Shown one piece after another: positions 20,437 to 29,230 of a DNA stretch of 64,000 nt. A program made the translations under genes and the position numbers. The first letter of the stretch is position 1; each line of letters opens with the position of its first letter. The notes beneath the pieces are model-generated. The model ran no database searches, was not told the DNA's origin, and saw nothing but the letters and a program-made list of their open reading frames with translations. Origin of the DNA: Actinomycetales bacterium (GTDB taxonomy: Bacteria > Actinomycetota > Actinomycetes > Actinomycetales > Cellulomonadaceae). The stretch spans positions 1,156-65,155 of the forward strand of contig JBBSAL010000019.1 in NCBI GenBank assembly GCA_038252305.1, given 5' to 3'.

Positions 20437-21762
20437 ATGCTCACCCGCCGTCGGGTCCTGCTCGGACTGCTCGTCCTGCTCGTCGTCGGGGTGGTGAGCG
20501 CCTACTGGTACGAGCGCCCGCTGCTGCTGACGGGCACCGGCTACACCGCGCACAACGCCTGCGCCCTCGACCACCTCGCCGGCCGGGCCGACCCGCAGGA
20601 CGACCTGCCGCCGAACCCGTTGGTCCCGGTGCTGCGCACGAGCGAAGGCGCGGACGCCACGACGAAGGGCTCGATCCTCGGTGTGCTCGCCGCCCAGCGG
20701 GCGTGGTTCACGCCCGGTTTCGGCTGCACCCTGGCCGGCTCGCCCCCGAGGTTCCCGACCGCCGTCGAGGTCGCCGCGGGCGCCAACCCCTTCACCGACG
20801 CCCCGACTCCGACGATGAGCCCCGAGGTCGCGGGTGCGGTCGCGACCGCGTTCGGCGACGGTCTCGACGCGGCCGCGGCGGCGCAGCTCGGCACCCGCGC
20901 GGTCGTCGCCGTCAAGGGCGGCACGATCGTCGCCGAGCGCTACGCCCCAGGCTTCGACGCGAGCACCCCGCAGCTCGGCTGGTCGATGGCCAAGAGCGTG
21001 ACGAACCTGCTGGTCGGCCGCATGGTCGCCCAGGGGGCGATCGCGCTGAGCGACGACCACCTGCGACCCGAGTGGACCGATCAGCGCGCCGACATCACAG
21101 TCGAGGAGCTGCTGCGGATGACCAGCGGCCTGGCCTGGGACGAGACCTATGACCTCGGCACGCCCATCACCCGGATGCTCTACCTCGAGCCGGACATGGG
21201 TGGCTACGTCGCGTCCCAGCCGCTCGCGCACGCTCCCGGCACCTACCAGCAGTACTCCAGCGGCAGCATCACGCTGCTGTGCGACATCCTGCTCGCCCGC
21301 ACCGGCGCGGACGCGAACCTGCCGCGCAGCGCGCTCTTCGCACCCCTCGGGCTCTCGTCTGCCGTGCTCGAGCCGGATGCCTCCGGGACGCCGGTCTGCA
21401 GCTCCTACCTGTGGGCCACCCCACGGGACTGGGCGGCCGTCGGGCAGCTCGCCCTCCAGAACGGCTCCTGGAACGGGCAGCAGCTGCTGCCCAAGGACTG
21501 GATGGCACTGTCCACGCGCGCGATCGACGTGCAGACCGAGGACCCGGGCTACGGGGCGGGGTGGTGGGTGAACCGCCTGCCCGACGGGAGCCTGGTGCAC
21601 CCCTCGCTCCCGGCCGACGCCTACTTCGCCGAGGGGCACGACGGGCAGTGGATCGTGGTGGTCCCCTCGGCCGACCTCGTCGTGGTGCGTCTCGGGTTCA
21701 GCCCGGGGGTGGACGACGAGGGCGTCATCGCCCTTGCAGCGACGCTCGTCGGCACGGCCTGA
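20437..21762 (+). CDS. Serine hydrolase, beta-lactamase (class C-like) family
   Basis: WSMAKS (SxxK), LLRMTSGL, YSS and GHDGQ, with an N-terminal anchor. TAGCCT lies 6 nt before the ATG. Confidence 0.88.
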   Translation: MLTRRRVLLGLLVLLVVGVVSAYWYERPLLLTGTGYTAHNACALDHLAGRADPQDDLPPNPLVPVLRTSEGADATTKGSILGVLAAQRAWFTPGFGCTLAGSPPRFPTAVEVAAGANPFTDAPTPTMSPEVAGAVATAFGDGLDAAAAAQLGTRAVVAVKGGTIVAERYAPGFDASTPQLGWSMAKSVTNLLVGRMVAQGAIALSDDHLRPEWTDQRADITVEELLRMTSGLAWDETYDLGTPITRMLYLEPDMGGYVASQPLAHAPGTYQQYSSGSITLLCDILLARTGADANLPRSALFAPLGLSSAVLEPDASGTPVCSSYLWATPRDWAAVGQLALQNGSWNGQQLLPKDWMALSTRAIDVQTEDPGYGAGWWVNRLPDGSLVHPSLPADAYFAEGHDGQWIVVVPSADLVVVRLGFSPGVDDEGVIALAATLVGTA

Positions 21763-21789
21763 ACCGACCGGCCGTCGACCGCGCACCGC

Positions 21790-23184
21790 TCAGAGCTCGT
21801 CGCCTGCCACCAGGCGACGAGTGCGCCGCAACGGTGCCGCGAGGAGCTCACCGAGCGTGACCCCGGCCGCGAGCGCCAGCCCCACCGACGCGGCACCCAG
21901 GAGCACCTGGGCGCCGGACCCGAGGCTCTGGGTGTTGTCGACCACGAGGAACAGCCCCCGGTAGATGGCCAGACCGGGCAGCAGCGGCACGATGCCGCAG
22001 GTCGAGGCCACGAGAGCAGGCACCCGCAGCCGCGGGGCGAGCGCCTCGGCGGCGAACCCGACCAGGACGGCAGCGCCGGCGCTCGCCACCGCAGGGCCGA
22101 CGTTGAGCTCGCGGAGCCCGGCGAACATCAACCACGCCGCACCACCGGCGAGACCGGCCACCACGGCGGCGCGTGGCCGGGCATAGGAGGCCAACGCCCA
22201 GGCCCCGGCCACGACCACGGCACTGAGGACCTGTACCACCGGCGAGACCGAGTCTCCTGGGTTGTCCACCACGTCGAGCGTCACCCCGAGCCGGCGTGCG
22301 ACGTCCAGGACGGCACCGATGCCGACCACGATGCCGACGGTGAGCACGAGGACCTCGAAGACCCGGCCGTTCGCCGTCACGGGGAATCCACTGATCGCGT
22401 CGTCGGCCGCACCCACCAACGACAGACCCGCAAGGAGCACGACGATCCCGGAGGCGACCACCAGCGACGGCGGCAACGTCCTCAGCTCGATCGGCAGCTG
22501 CGGCACGAGCAGGAAGATGAGGACCGCGACGGCGGTCGCGACGGCGGCGCCGGCGGCCTGAAGGAAGAACGGTGGCAGGCCCCAGCGGCCGAGCACCCGC
22601 ACGGTGCGGTCGATCAGGGCGGTCGTGACACCGGCGACGGCGGCGACCCCGATACCGCCCCCGAGCAGGAAGGCGACAGCGACGGCCATCACGGAGAGCT
22701 GGAGGGTCACGACTCCGCCACGGTAGGGGTGCGGGGCGCTGAGGACGGCGTCGAGCTCCTCGTGCGCCGCCTCGAGCACCACGGGTGCCTCGGCAGCGGG
22801 CACCTTGGAGCCGGAGAGCTCGCGGGCGAGCTCGAGCACCTTCGTCAACCGGTCGTAGTCCGTGGTCCGACTCCGCGCGACTCGCATGACGGTCATCGGC
22901 GTGCCGGACATCCCTGGGTCGTACGAGGCAGTGATGGAGGTGAAGGTGAGGTCGACCTGGCTGCCGGTGAGGCCGAAGGCGGTGAGGATCTGCTTGATCG
23001 TGTGCGTGACGTCGGCGGCCGCAGCACCGAGGGAGAGCATCGCCTCGCCGATCCGCAGCCCGAGCTCGAGGACGCCGTGCACCGTCGACGCCTCGAGGCC
23101 GCCGGCTCGGGCCCGCGCGGCGACCGGCTCGACCGGGGGTGTGCCGACGGCACGGAGCACCAGGTCCCGCACGTGCCATCGCAT
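21790..23184 (-). CDS. Threonine/serine exporter family (ThrE)
   Basis: Motifs LRIGEAML, SGIVVLLAG and GIVPLLPGLAIYRG, with about 10 TM helices. Confidence 0.88.
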   Translation of the reverse strand: MRWHVRDLVLRAVGTPPVEPVAARARAGGLEASTVHGVLELGLRIGEAMLSLGAAAADVTHTIKQILTAFGLTGSQVDLTFTSITASYDPGMSGTPMTVMRVARSRTTDYDRLTKVLELARELSGSKVPAAEAPVVLEAAHEELDAVLSAPHPYRGGVVTLQLSVMAVAVAFLLGGGIGVAAVAGVTTALIDRTVRVLGRWGLPPFFLQAAGAAVATAVAVLIFLLVPQLPIELRTLPPSLVVASGIVVLLAGLSLVGAADDAISGFPVTANGRVFEVLVLTVGIVVGIGAVLDVARRLGVTLDVVDNPGDSVSPVVQVLSAVVVAGAWALASYARPRAAVVAGLAGGAAWLMFAGLRELNVGPAVASAGAAVLVGFAAEALAPRLRVPALVASTCGIVPLLPGLAIYRGLFLVVDNTQSLGSGAQVLLGAASVGLALAAGVTLGELLAAPLRRTRRLVAGDEL

Positions 23185-23296
23185 GCCCCGACCCTACGTC
23201 GCCACCGAGGTCCGTCCTGGCGAGGACCGCCCGGCCTGCTCGCCCTGGTGAGCGCCTCGGGCGACGCAAGCGTCGACGACCTGTCACGATGGCCGG

Positions 23297-23740
23297 ATGC
23301 CGAGCAAGGTGACACTCACCGCCATGAACGCGGTCCACCGCGCGCTGATCGCCGTGTCCTTCGGGCGCATCGGCTGGTCGGTCAGCGGGATGCCGGCCCT
23401 GGAGCTGACGACGACCGGTCGGAAGTCCGGTCAGCAGCGGGCGACGATGCTCACCGCTCCGATCCACCTCGACGGCAACCCCGTGGTCGTGGCCTCACGT
23501 GGCGGCGACGACCAGCACCCGGCCTGGTTCCTCAACCTTCAGGCGGAGCCGCAGGTCCTGGTCGGCATCGGAGGACGACCTGCGGTTCCGATGCGTGCGC
23601 GCGTCCTGACGTCCGCCGAACGCGCCGAGCTCTGGCCGACGATCACGGCGAGGTACGCCAACTACGAGGGCTACCAGCGTCGTACCTCGCGCGAGATCCC
23701 GCTGGTCGTGCTCGAGCCCGTGGCGACCTCGGCCGGCTGA
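23297..23740 (+). CDS. Deazaflavin(F420)-dependent nitroreductase family (DUF385/Ddn-like)
   Basis: Motifs LTTTGRKSG, VASRGG, HPAWFLNL and YQRRTSREIP. Confidence 0.88.
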   Translation: MPSKVTLTAMNAVHRALIAVSFGRIGWSVSGMPALELTTTGRKSGQQRATMLTAPIHLDGNPVVVASRGGDDQHPAWFLNLQAEPQVLVGIGGRPAVPMRARVLTSAERAELWPTITARYANYEGYQRRTSREIPLVVLEPVATSAG

Positions 23741-23789
23741 GCCCGGAGTTGCTCGGCCCGCGCCCGACAGCGTCGCGCGGCAGGCGGGC

Positions 23790-24233
23790 TCAACGCGTGC
23801 GCAGCACCAGCAGGAACTGACCGCCACCCGGCTCGACGTCCGCCGCCACCCGCAGGTCCGGTGCGAGTCGGGACAAGCGGTCGACGAGCCACGTCGCAGC
23901 GGCCTCGCCGTCGGACCTCGTCGGGCAGCGCCCGACGACCTCGCGACCGCCCTTGCGCGTCAGTCGCTCGACCGTCGCGACGATCGACGCGGGGTCCACC
24001 ACGAAGAGCTCCGGTGACCAAGGCACGACCGGCTTGACCGCGCCCTTGCGTGTGTTGCACGCGCGGTGGGCGAGGCGCTCGGTGCCGGCCGCCGCCTTCT
24101 TGCCCTTCGGCGCGGCACCGCCGTCGACGCTCGGGCCCCGATCGGCGTTGACGGAGGCGTCGGGGTCGACCGGCTCGTCGCACAGCCAGCATCGCCAGGC
24201 GTCACGCTCGCCGACCTCCTGAAGGGTGCTCAT
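23790..24233 (-). CDS. Zn-binding HNH-like hypothetical protein
   Basis: RDAWRCWLC...LAHRACNTRKG pattern. The usual DH is replaced by DG. Confidence 0.65.
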   Translation of the reverse strand: MSTLQEVGERDAWRCWLCDEPVDPDASVNADRGPSVDGGAAPKGKKAAAGTERLAHRACNTRKGAVKPVVPWSPELFVVDPASIVATVERLTRKGGREVVGRCPTRSDGEAAATWLVDRLSRLAPDLRVAADVEPGGGQFLLVLRTR

Positions 24234-24253
24234 GGGCGGAGACTACGCGGCGT

Positions 24254-24748
24254 TCACTGCCCCGTGCCTTCCTCGAGCGTCCGGTCGGCCGCGGCCAGGA
24301 GGTCCCGCACCCGGTCCCGCTTGAGGGCCGCGACCGGGGAGTCGCCTCCCAGGTCAGGGTTGGCGGTCACGAACCAGGACCGCGTCCGCTCCGCCCCACG
24401 CTCGTCCACCAGCCTGGACCACAGGCGATGGGCCAGGCGCAGGCGACGGACGGCCTTGGGTCCGGGCAGGGGCCCTTCCGGCTCCGCCCACTGCGCGGCG
24501 AGCTCCTTGCTGCTCGCCGCGGCCAGCGCTGCGACGAACGCCGGCCCCAGGACGTCGACCAGCTCGCGCGTGAGGGACCGGATGCCGGAGTCGCGAGCCG
24601 CCAGCACGCGCCTGATCTCCTCGTCAGGCACGTCGGCAGCGCGGGCGGTGTCGATCGCGTCCTGCAGGACGGCCTCGGCCCGCTCGACCGTGACGACGGC
24701 CCGGCTGATCGCGTGCAGGTGGTCGTCGGCGGTGCGTGCGTCGCTCAT
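24254..24748 (-). CDS. Putative Xre/MbcA/ParS (DUF2384)-like antitoxin domain protein
   Basis: C-terminal RSWFVTANPDLGGDSPVAAL matches the W-F-x-x-x-N-P-x-L-x-G-x-x-P pattern, preceded by an HTH-like segment. Confidence 0.6.
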   Translation of the reverse strand: MSDARTADDHLHAISRAVVTVERAEAVLQDAIDTARAADVPDEEIRRVLAARDSGIRSLTRELVDVLGPAFVAALAAASSKELAAQWAEPEGPLPGPKAVRRLRLAHRLWSRLVDERGAERTRSWFVTANPDLGGDSPVAALKRDRVRDLLAAADRTLEEGTGQ

Positions 24749-24794
24749 GGGTCGATGGTGCCATCCGACGCGAGGGTGTCGGCAGCGGTGCCGG

Positions 24795-25385
24795 TCAGGG
24801 AGCGGTGCCCTTCAGCGCGGCGACGACCGCCACGGCGTCGTCCCAGTACTTCGCGTAGTACTGCGGGTCCGCGTTGCGCTGGACCTGATGCGCGACGGCG
24901 GTCGGAGTCATCGAGTCCCGGCCCTGGACACGCGTCAGCGCGGTGAAGAAGCTCGTCGCGCTCGTCGTCGGGTCCATACGGTCGGCCAGCGACCCCCAGG
25001 CACCGTTCGCGCGCTGCTGGAACAAGCCCCTGCTGTCCGGACCCGCGGTGTCCCCGTGGTCGAGCACCTGGAGGGATGACTCGCCGATGGCCGTCATCAC
25101 ACCGATCGTCTGGTCGCGCACCGACAGACCCATCGCCTTGCCCGCCTTGATGATCGCCGCGGCGTTGGCGACCTGCGCGGCGCCGAACCGACCGATCCGC
25201 GCTGGCTCCGGTGCCGTGGTTCCGGAGGCGGACGCGCTCGTGGCGGCGCCGACGAGCTGCGAAGCCAGCACGCTGGCGAAGGAGGCGGACGACGCGGGCA
25301 CGACCGGGGTGCGCGGGGGTGCCAGGGCGGCGATCCTGCCCTGGATCTCGGCCATGCGGCCGTTGATCGCGGCGATCGAGTCCAC
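24795..25385 (-). CDS. Putative peptidoglycan hydrolase (lysozyme/transglycosylase-like), possibly flagellum-associated
   Basis: TAIGESSL, GLFQQR and VQR lysozyme-like motifs. N-terminal IxxRIxEIQxRI helix followed by SFASVL. Confidence 0.62.
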   Translation of the reverse strand: MDSIAAINGRMAEIQGRIAALAPPRTPVVPASSASFASVLASQLVGAATSASASGTTAPEPARIGRFGAAQVANAAAIIKAGKAMGLSVRDQTIGVMTAIGESSLQVLDHGDTAGPDSRGLFQQRANGAWGSLADRMDPTTSATSFFTALTRVQGRDSMTPTAVAHQVQRNADPQYYAKYWDDAVAVVAALKGTAP

Positions 25386-25420
25386 GGACGCCCTTCTCCT
25401 CGTTCCGACGTGCGCCGCAC

Positions 25421-25448
25421 TCATCGGCACGGCAGGGCCGGGGCTGAG
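25421..25448 (-). promoter_or_regulatory. FliA/WhiG (sigma-28)-type promoter
   Basis: Minus strand reads CTCA-N16-GCCGATGA, about 35 nt upstream of the start at 25385. Confidence 0.6.
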
Positions 25449-25482
25449 GTGATCGGGACAGCCGATCGGGAGCATCTCGCAG

Positions 25483-25680
25483 CTATCGGGCGACCGATCT
25501 CGCCGGAGCGACATACGCGGTGACCACACCGAGCACCGCGCCGACGACCGTCACGACCACGAGCCACACCGCCGTCGTCGGGAGGATGCCGAAGACGAAG
25601 AGGACCAGCGCGAGACCGAGACCGAAGACGAGGCCGGCGAAGAACCCGAGCACGGGACGGCGTCGAACGGTCGTGCTCAT
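25483..25680 (-). CDS. Small two-TM membrane protein
   Basis: RRRPVLG followed by two hydrophobic helices. ATGA overlap with the upstream gene. Confidence 0.7.
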   Translation of the reverse strand: MSTTVRRRPVLGFFAGLVFGLGLALVLFVFGILPTTAVWLVVVTVVGAVLGVVTAYVAPARSVAR

Positions 25681-26270
25681 GACAGACCTCCCGCCGCCGC
25701 GGCGCCGCCGGCCACGACCTTCGTCCCGGCGACGACGGCAGAACCCATGAGGAGGCCGACGACGCCCAGGCCGGCTCCGAGGAAGAAGATCGGCGACGAG
25801 GTCGGCGATCCGGTGCCGGTGATCCAGCCGCTCGCGTCACACGAGCCACCCGAACCCGTGATCGTGCCGGAGACGGGGATCACCATGGCGCCCTGAAGCG
25901 CCCAGGTCGCCGGGCCGGGCAGCCCGGAGAGGTCCTGGACGCCGGACCGTGTCGTCGTACCGTCGCCGTTGGCGAACTGACCGCTGAGGAACGGGACCCC
26001 GGCGACGGTCACCGACCACGTCCCGTCCGTGATGACGGCATCGGTGCTGCCGCTCCACTCGACGCTGCCCCCCGGATCGACCCGGAGAGGAGCCGACTGC
26101 GTCGCGCCGGCGCCCGGCGCGCTCGCGGTGTCGAGGGTGAGCCCCGAGGCGTCCTTCGACGTGAAGGTGCCGGAGCACCCGTCGGCCTCGGCCGCCGATG
26201 CCGCGGCCGGGAAGGCGACGACGGCCGCGACCGCCCCCGCAAGAGTGAGGAAACGTCCAGGGCCGTTCAT
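25677..26270 (-). CDS. Secreted, C-terminally anchored beta-rich hypothetical protein
   Basis: Signal peptide ending ASA, two Cys residues, a C-terminal TM helix and RBS GGAGG. Confidence 0.72.
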   Translation of the reverse strand: MNGPGRFLTLAGAVAAVVAFPAAASAAEADGCSGTFTSKDASGLTLDTASAPGAGATQSAPLRVDPGGSVEWSGSTDAVITDGTWSVTVAGVPFLSGQFANGDGTTTRSGVQDLSGLPGPATWALQGAMVIPVSGTITGSGGSCDASGWITGTGSPTSSPIFFLGAGLGVVGLLMGSAVVAGTKVVAGGAAAAGGLS

Positions 26271-26444
26271 CGTGGTCCTCCCCACGTCTGTCGACCACCG
26301 AGGGTGGCTTCCCTCTCGACGGTACTCGGCGGGATCCGCCCGCGTGGGGGTTTGCCGCCGCCCGAAGGAGTGACTCCTCGGCCAGCATGACCGGGGCCGC
26401 AGGCGCGGGCGATCCGGTCGTCAGGGCTGTGCCACCATGCCTCG

Positions 26445-28421
26445 GTGAGCACTACCGAGGGCCCCGGCCCCGCCGACGGCGACGAACCCGTCACGGACCA
26501 CCCGCCGGTCGCGGCACCGGAGCACCCCGCCCCGTCGGCGCCTGCCCGGCGCGTTGGTCTCGGTCTCGCACTGGGAGCCCTGGGCGTCGTCTTCGGCGAC
26601 ATCGGCACGAGCCCTTTGTACGCGCTGCAGACCGTCTTCAGCATCGAGCACAACAGCGTCAAGCCGACCGAGGGCGACATCTACGGCGTCATCTCGATGG
26701 TCTTCTGGGCGATCACCATCATCGTCTCGGTCAAGTACGTGACGCTCATCATGCGGGCGGACAACGAGGGCGAAGGCGGGATCCTCGCGCTCGTCGCCCT
26801 GCTGCGGGCGAAGCTGGCCGACCGCCGACGTCTGGCGGCTGCACTGCTGCTCGGCATCGTCGGCGCCGCGCTGTTCTACGGCGACTCGGTCATCACCCCG
26901 GCGATCTCGGTGATGTCGGCGATCGAGGGCCTCGTCGTGGTCGACCGCGGCCTCCAGGGGCTCGTGCTGCCGATCGCCTTCGTGGTGCTGACGGTGCTCT
27001 TCGTCGTCCAACGGTGGGGCACCGAGCTGGTCGGCAAGGCGTTCGGGCCGGTGATGGTCCTCTGGTTCGTCGTGCTCGCGGTCCTCGGCGTGCCGCACAT
27101 CGTGAGCAACCCCGAGATCCTGCTGGCGCTCTCCCCCAGCTACGCGCTCGCGTTCATCGTCGAGCATCCCTTCACCGCCTTCATCGCCATGGGCGCCGTG
27201 GTCCTGACGATCACCGGTGCCGAGGCGCTGTACGCCGACATGGGCCACTTCGGGGCCCGGGCCATCCGGATGTCCTGGTACGCGGTCGTCTTCCCAGCGC
27301 TCGTCCTGAACTACCTGGGACAGGGCGCGATGATCCTGCGCGACCCGACGACGGTCGAGAACCCCTTCTTCCACCTCGCGCCCGAGTGGGCGACGTTGCC
27401 GCTCGTCGCCCTGGCCACCCTCGCGACGGTGATCGCCTCCCAGGCCGTCATCTCCGGGGCGTACTCGGTCTCGCGTCAGGCCGTCCGTCTCGGCCTGTTC
27501 CCGCGGCTGTCGATCAAGCACACCTCCACCGAGGAGGGCGGTCAGATCTACGTCCCGGTCGTGAACTGGATCCTCTTCCTCGGTGTCCTGCTGCTCATCG
27601 CGATCTTCCGGAGCGCGAGCCGGCTCGCCACGGCCTACGGGCTCGCCGTCACCGGCACGCTCGTCCTGACCAGCCTTCTCTACCTGCTGCTCGCCCTGCG
27701 CGTGCGGAGGTGGGCGCGGTGGAAGGTCGCCGTCTTCGCCGTCGTGATCGGCGGCCTCGAGGCGCTCTTCTTCGCGGCGAACCTCACCAAGGTGGTCAGC
27801 GGCGGCTGGCTGCCGCTGCTGATCGCTGCCGTCGTCGTCACGCTGATGACCTCGTGGCGCCGGGGCGCGGACACCCTGCACCGCAGACGCCGCGAGATGG
27901 AGGGCCCGCTGGAGGACTTCGTCGCGATGATCCACGAGACCGGTGTCCCGCGGGTGCCGGGGCTGGCAGTCTTCCCGCACCCCAACCGGACGACCACACC
28001 CTTGGCGCTGCGCTCGCACGTGACCTTCAACCATGTCCTGCACGAGCACGTCGTCATCGTCCAGATCGTCAACGAGAACGTGCCGCACATCCGTCACACG
28101 GAACGGGTCGTCGTCGACGACCTCGGCTACGCCGACGACGGCATCGTCCACGTGACCGTGCGCGTGGGCTTCAACGACAGCCAGGACATCCCCCGGTCGC
28201 TCGCGCTGGCGATCGGCCTGAGCCCCGAGCTCGACCTGGACGCCGACGACGCGCGCTACTTCCTCTCGCTGCTCACCGTGAACGCCGCGGGCGCCCCACG
28301 CCTGCGGGACTGGCGCGCGCGGCTGTTCGTCTGGATGTCCCACAACGCCGCGAGCCGGACCGAGGTGTTCCACCTGCCTCCGGAGCGCACGGTGATCATC
28401 GGGGCGAACCTCGGGATCTAG
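26445..28421 (+). CDS. kup: KUP/HAK/KT potassium transporter
   Basis: Motifs GVVFGDIGTSPLY, ADNEGEGG and TGAEALYADMGHFG. Confidence 0.96.
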   Translation: MSTTEGPGPADGDEPVTDHPPVAAPEHPAPSAPARRVGLGLALGALGVVFGDIGTSPLYALQTVFSIEHNSVKPTEGDIYGVISMVFWAITIIVSVKYVTLIMRADNEGEGGILALVALLRAKLADRRRLAAALLLGIVGAALFYGDSVITPAISVMSAIEGLVVVDRGLQGLVLPIAFVVLTVLFVVQRWGTELVGKAFGPVMVLWFVVLAVLGVPHIVSNPEILLALSPSYALAFIVEHPFTAFIAMGAVVLTITGAEALYADMGHFGARAIRMSWYAVVFPALVLNYLGQGAMILRDPTTVENPFFHLAPEWATLPLVALATLATVIASQAVISGAYSVSRQAVRLGLFPRLSIKHTSTEEGGQIYVPVVNWILFLGVLLLIAIFRSASRLATAYGLAVTGTLVLTSLLYLLLALRVRRWARWKVAVFAVVIGGLEALFFAANLTKVVSGGWLPLLIAAVVVTLMTSWRRGADTLHRRRREMEGPLEDFVAMIHETGVPRVPGLAVFPHPNRTTTPLALRSHVTFNHVLHEHVVIVQIVNENVPHIRHTERVVVDDLGYADDGIVHVTVRVGFNDSQDIPRSLALAIGLSPELDLDADDARYFLSLLTVNAAGAPRLRDWRARLFVWMSHNAASRTEVFHLPPERTVIIGANLGI

Positions 28422-28510
28422 GGCGCGACGCACGGCTGCCGCCCGCAGACCGCGCGGCCCGTCGGGGCCGTGCGCGACGAGTAGCGTGGAGGACGCGGAA
28501 GGAGCGCGAG

Positions 28511-29230
28511 GTGCGGGTGCTGATCGTCGAGGACGACGTCTCGCTGGGCGAGGCGTTGAGCGAAGGCCTCCGGCTGCAGGGGTTCGACCCGGTGTGGGTC
28601 CGCACGGGGCTCGAGGGCCTCGCGGCCGCCGAGAACGCCGATGTCGTCCTGCTTGACCTCGGCCTGCCCGACCTCGACGGGCTCGAGGTCTGTCGACGCA
28701 TCCGAGGCTTCTCCGACGTCACGGTGGTCGTCCTCAGCGCGCGCGGCGACGAGCTCGACCGCGTCCTCGGCCTCGAGAGCGGTGCGGACGACTACCTGGT
28801 CAAGCCCTTCTCCTCGCGCGAGCTGGTCGCACGCCTGCACGCACTGGAGCGCAGGCTCGATCGGGCCGGGCACGCAGGGCGACCCGACCGGTCCGCGCAC
28901 CCCGGCGAGGCCACGCCGACGACGGACGACAGTGCCGGCCAGGTGCACCTCGGTGCCCTCGTCCTCGACCGGCGGACCCGAACGGTCACCGTCGCCGGTG
29001 ACCTGGTCGAGCTGACGCACAAGGAGTTCGACCTCCTCGCGGCGCTGCTCGCGGACCCGGGCGCCGTGTGCCGGCGCGAGGACCTCATGTCGGAGGTCTG
29101 GGACGCCCACTGGTTCGGATCGACGAAGACCCTCAACGTCCACGTCGCCGGCCTGCGATCCAAGCTCGGCGACCCCCGCTGGATCGAGACCGTTCGAGGC
29201 GTGGGCTTCCGTGCCGCCGCGGTCTCCTGA
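28511..29230 (+). CDS. OmpR-family response regulator
   Basis: Motifs VLIVEDD, LLDLGLPDLDG, GADDYLVKPF and IETVRGVGF. Confidence 0.92.
   Translation: MRVLIVEDDVSLGEALSEGLRLQGFDPVWVRTGLEGLAAAENADVVLLDLGLPDLDGLEVCRRIRGFSDVTVVVLSARGDELDRVLGLESGADDYLVKPFSSRELVARLHALERRLDRAGHAGRPDRSAHPGEATPTTDDSAGQVHLGALVLDRRTRTVTVAGDLVELTHKEFDLLAALLADPGAVCRREDLMSEVWDAHWFGSTKTLNVHVAGLRSKLGDPRWIETVRGVGFRAAAVS

Noticed and set aside
26315-26360. Possible c-di-GMP-I riboswitch (GGCAAACC...GCCGAGTACCG on the minus strand)
   Set aside because: The central hairpin and GACGCAAAGC core are missing and the span is too short.
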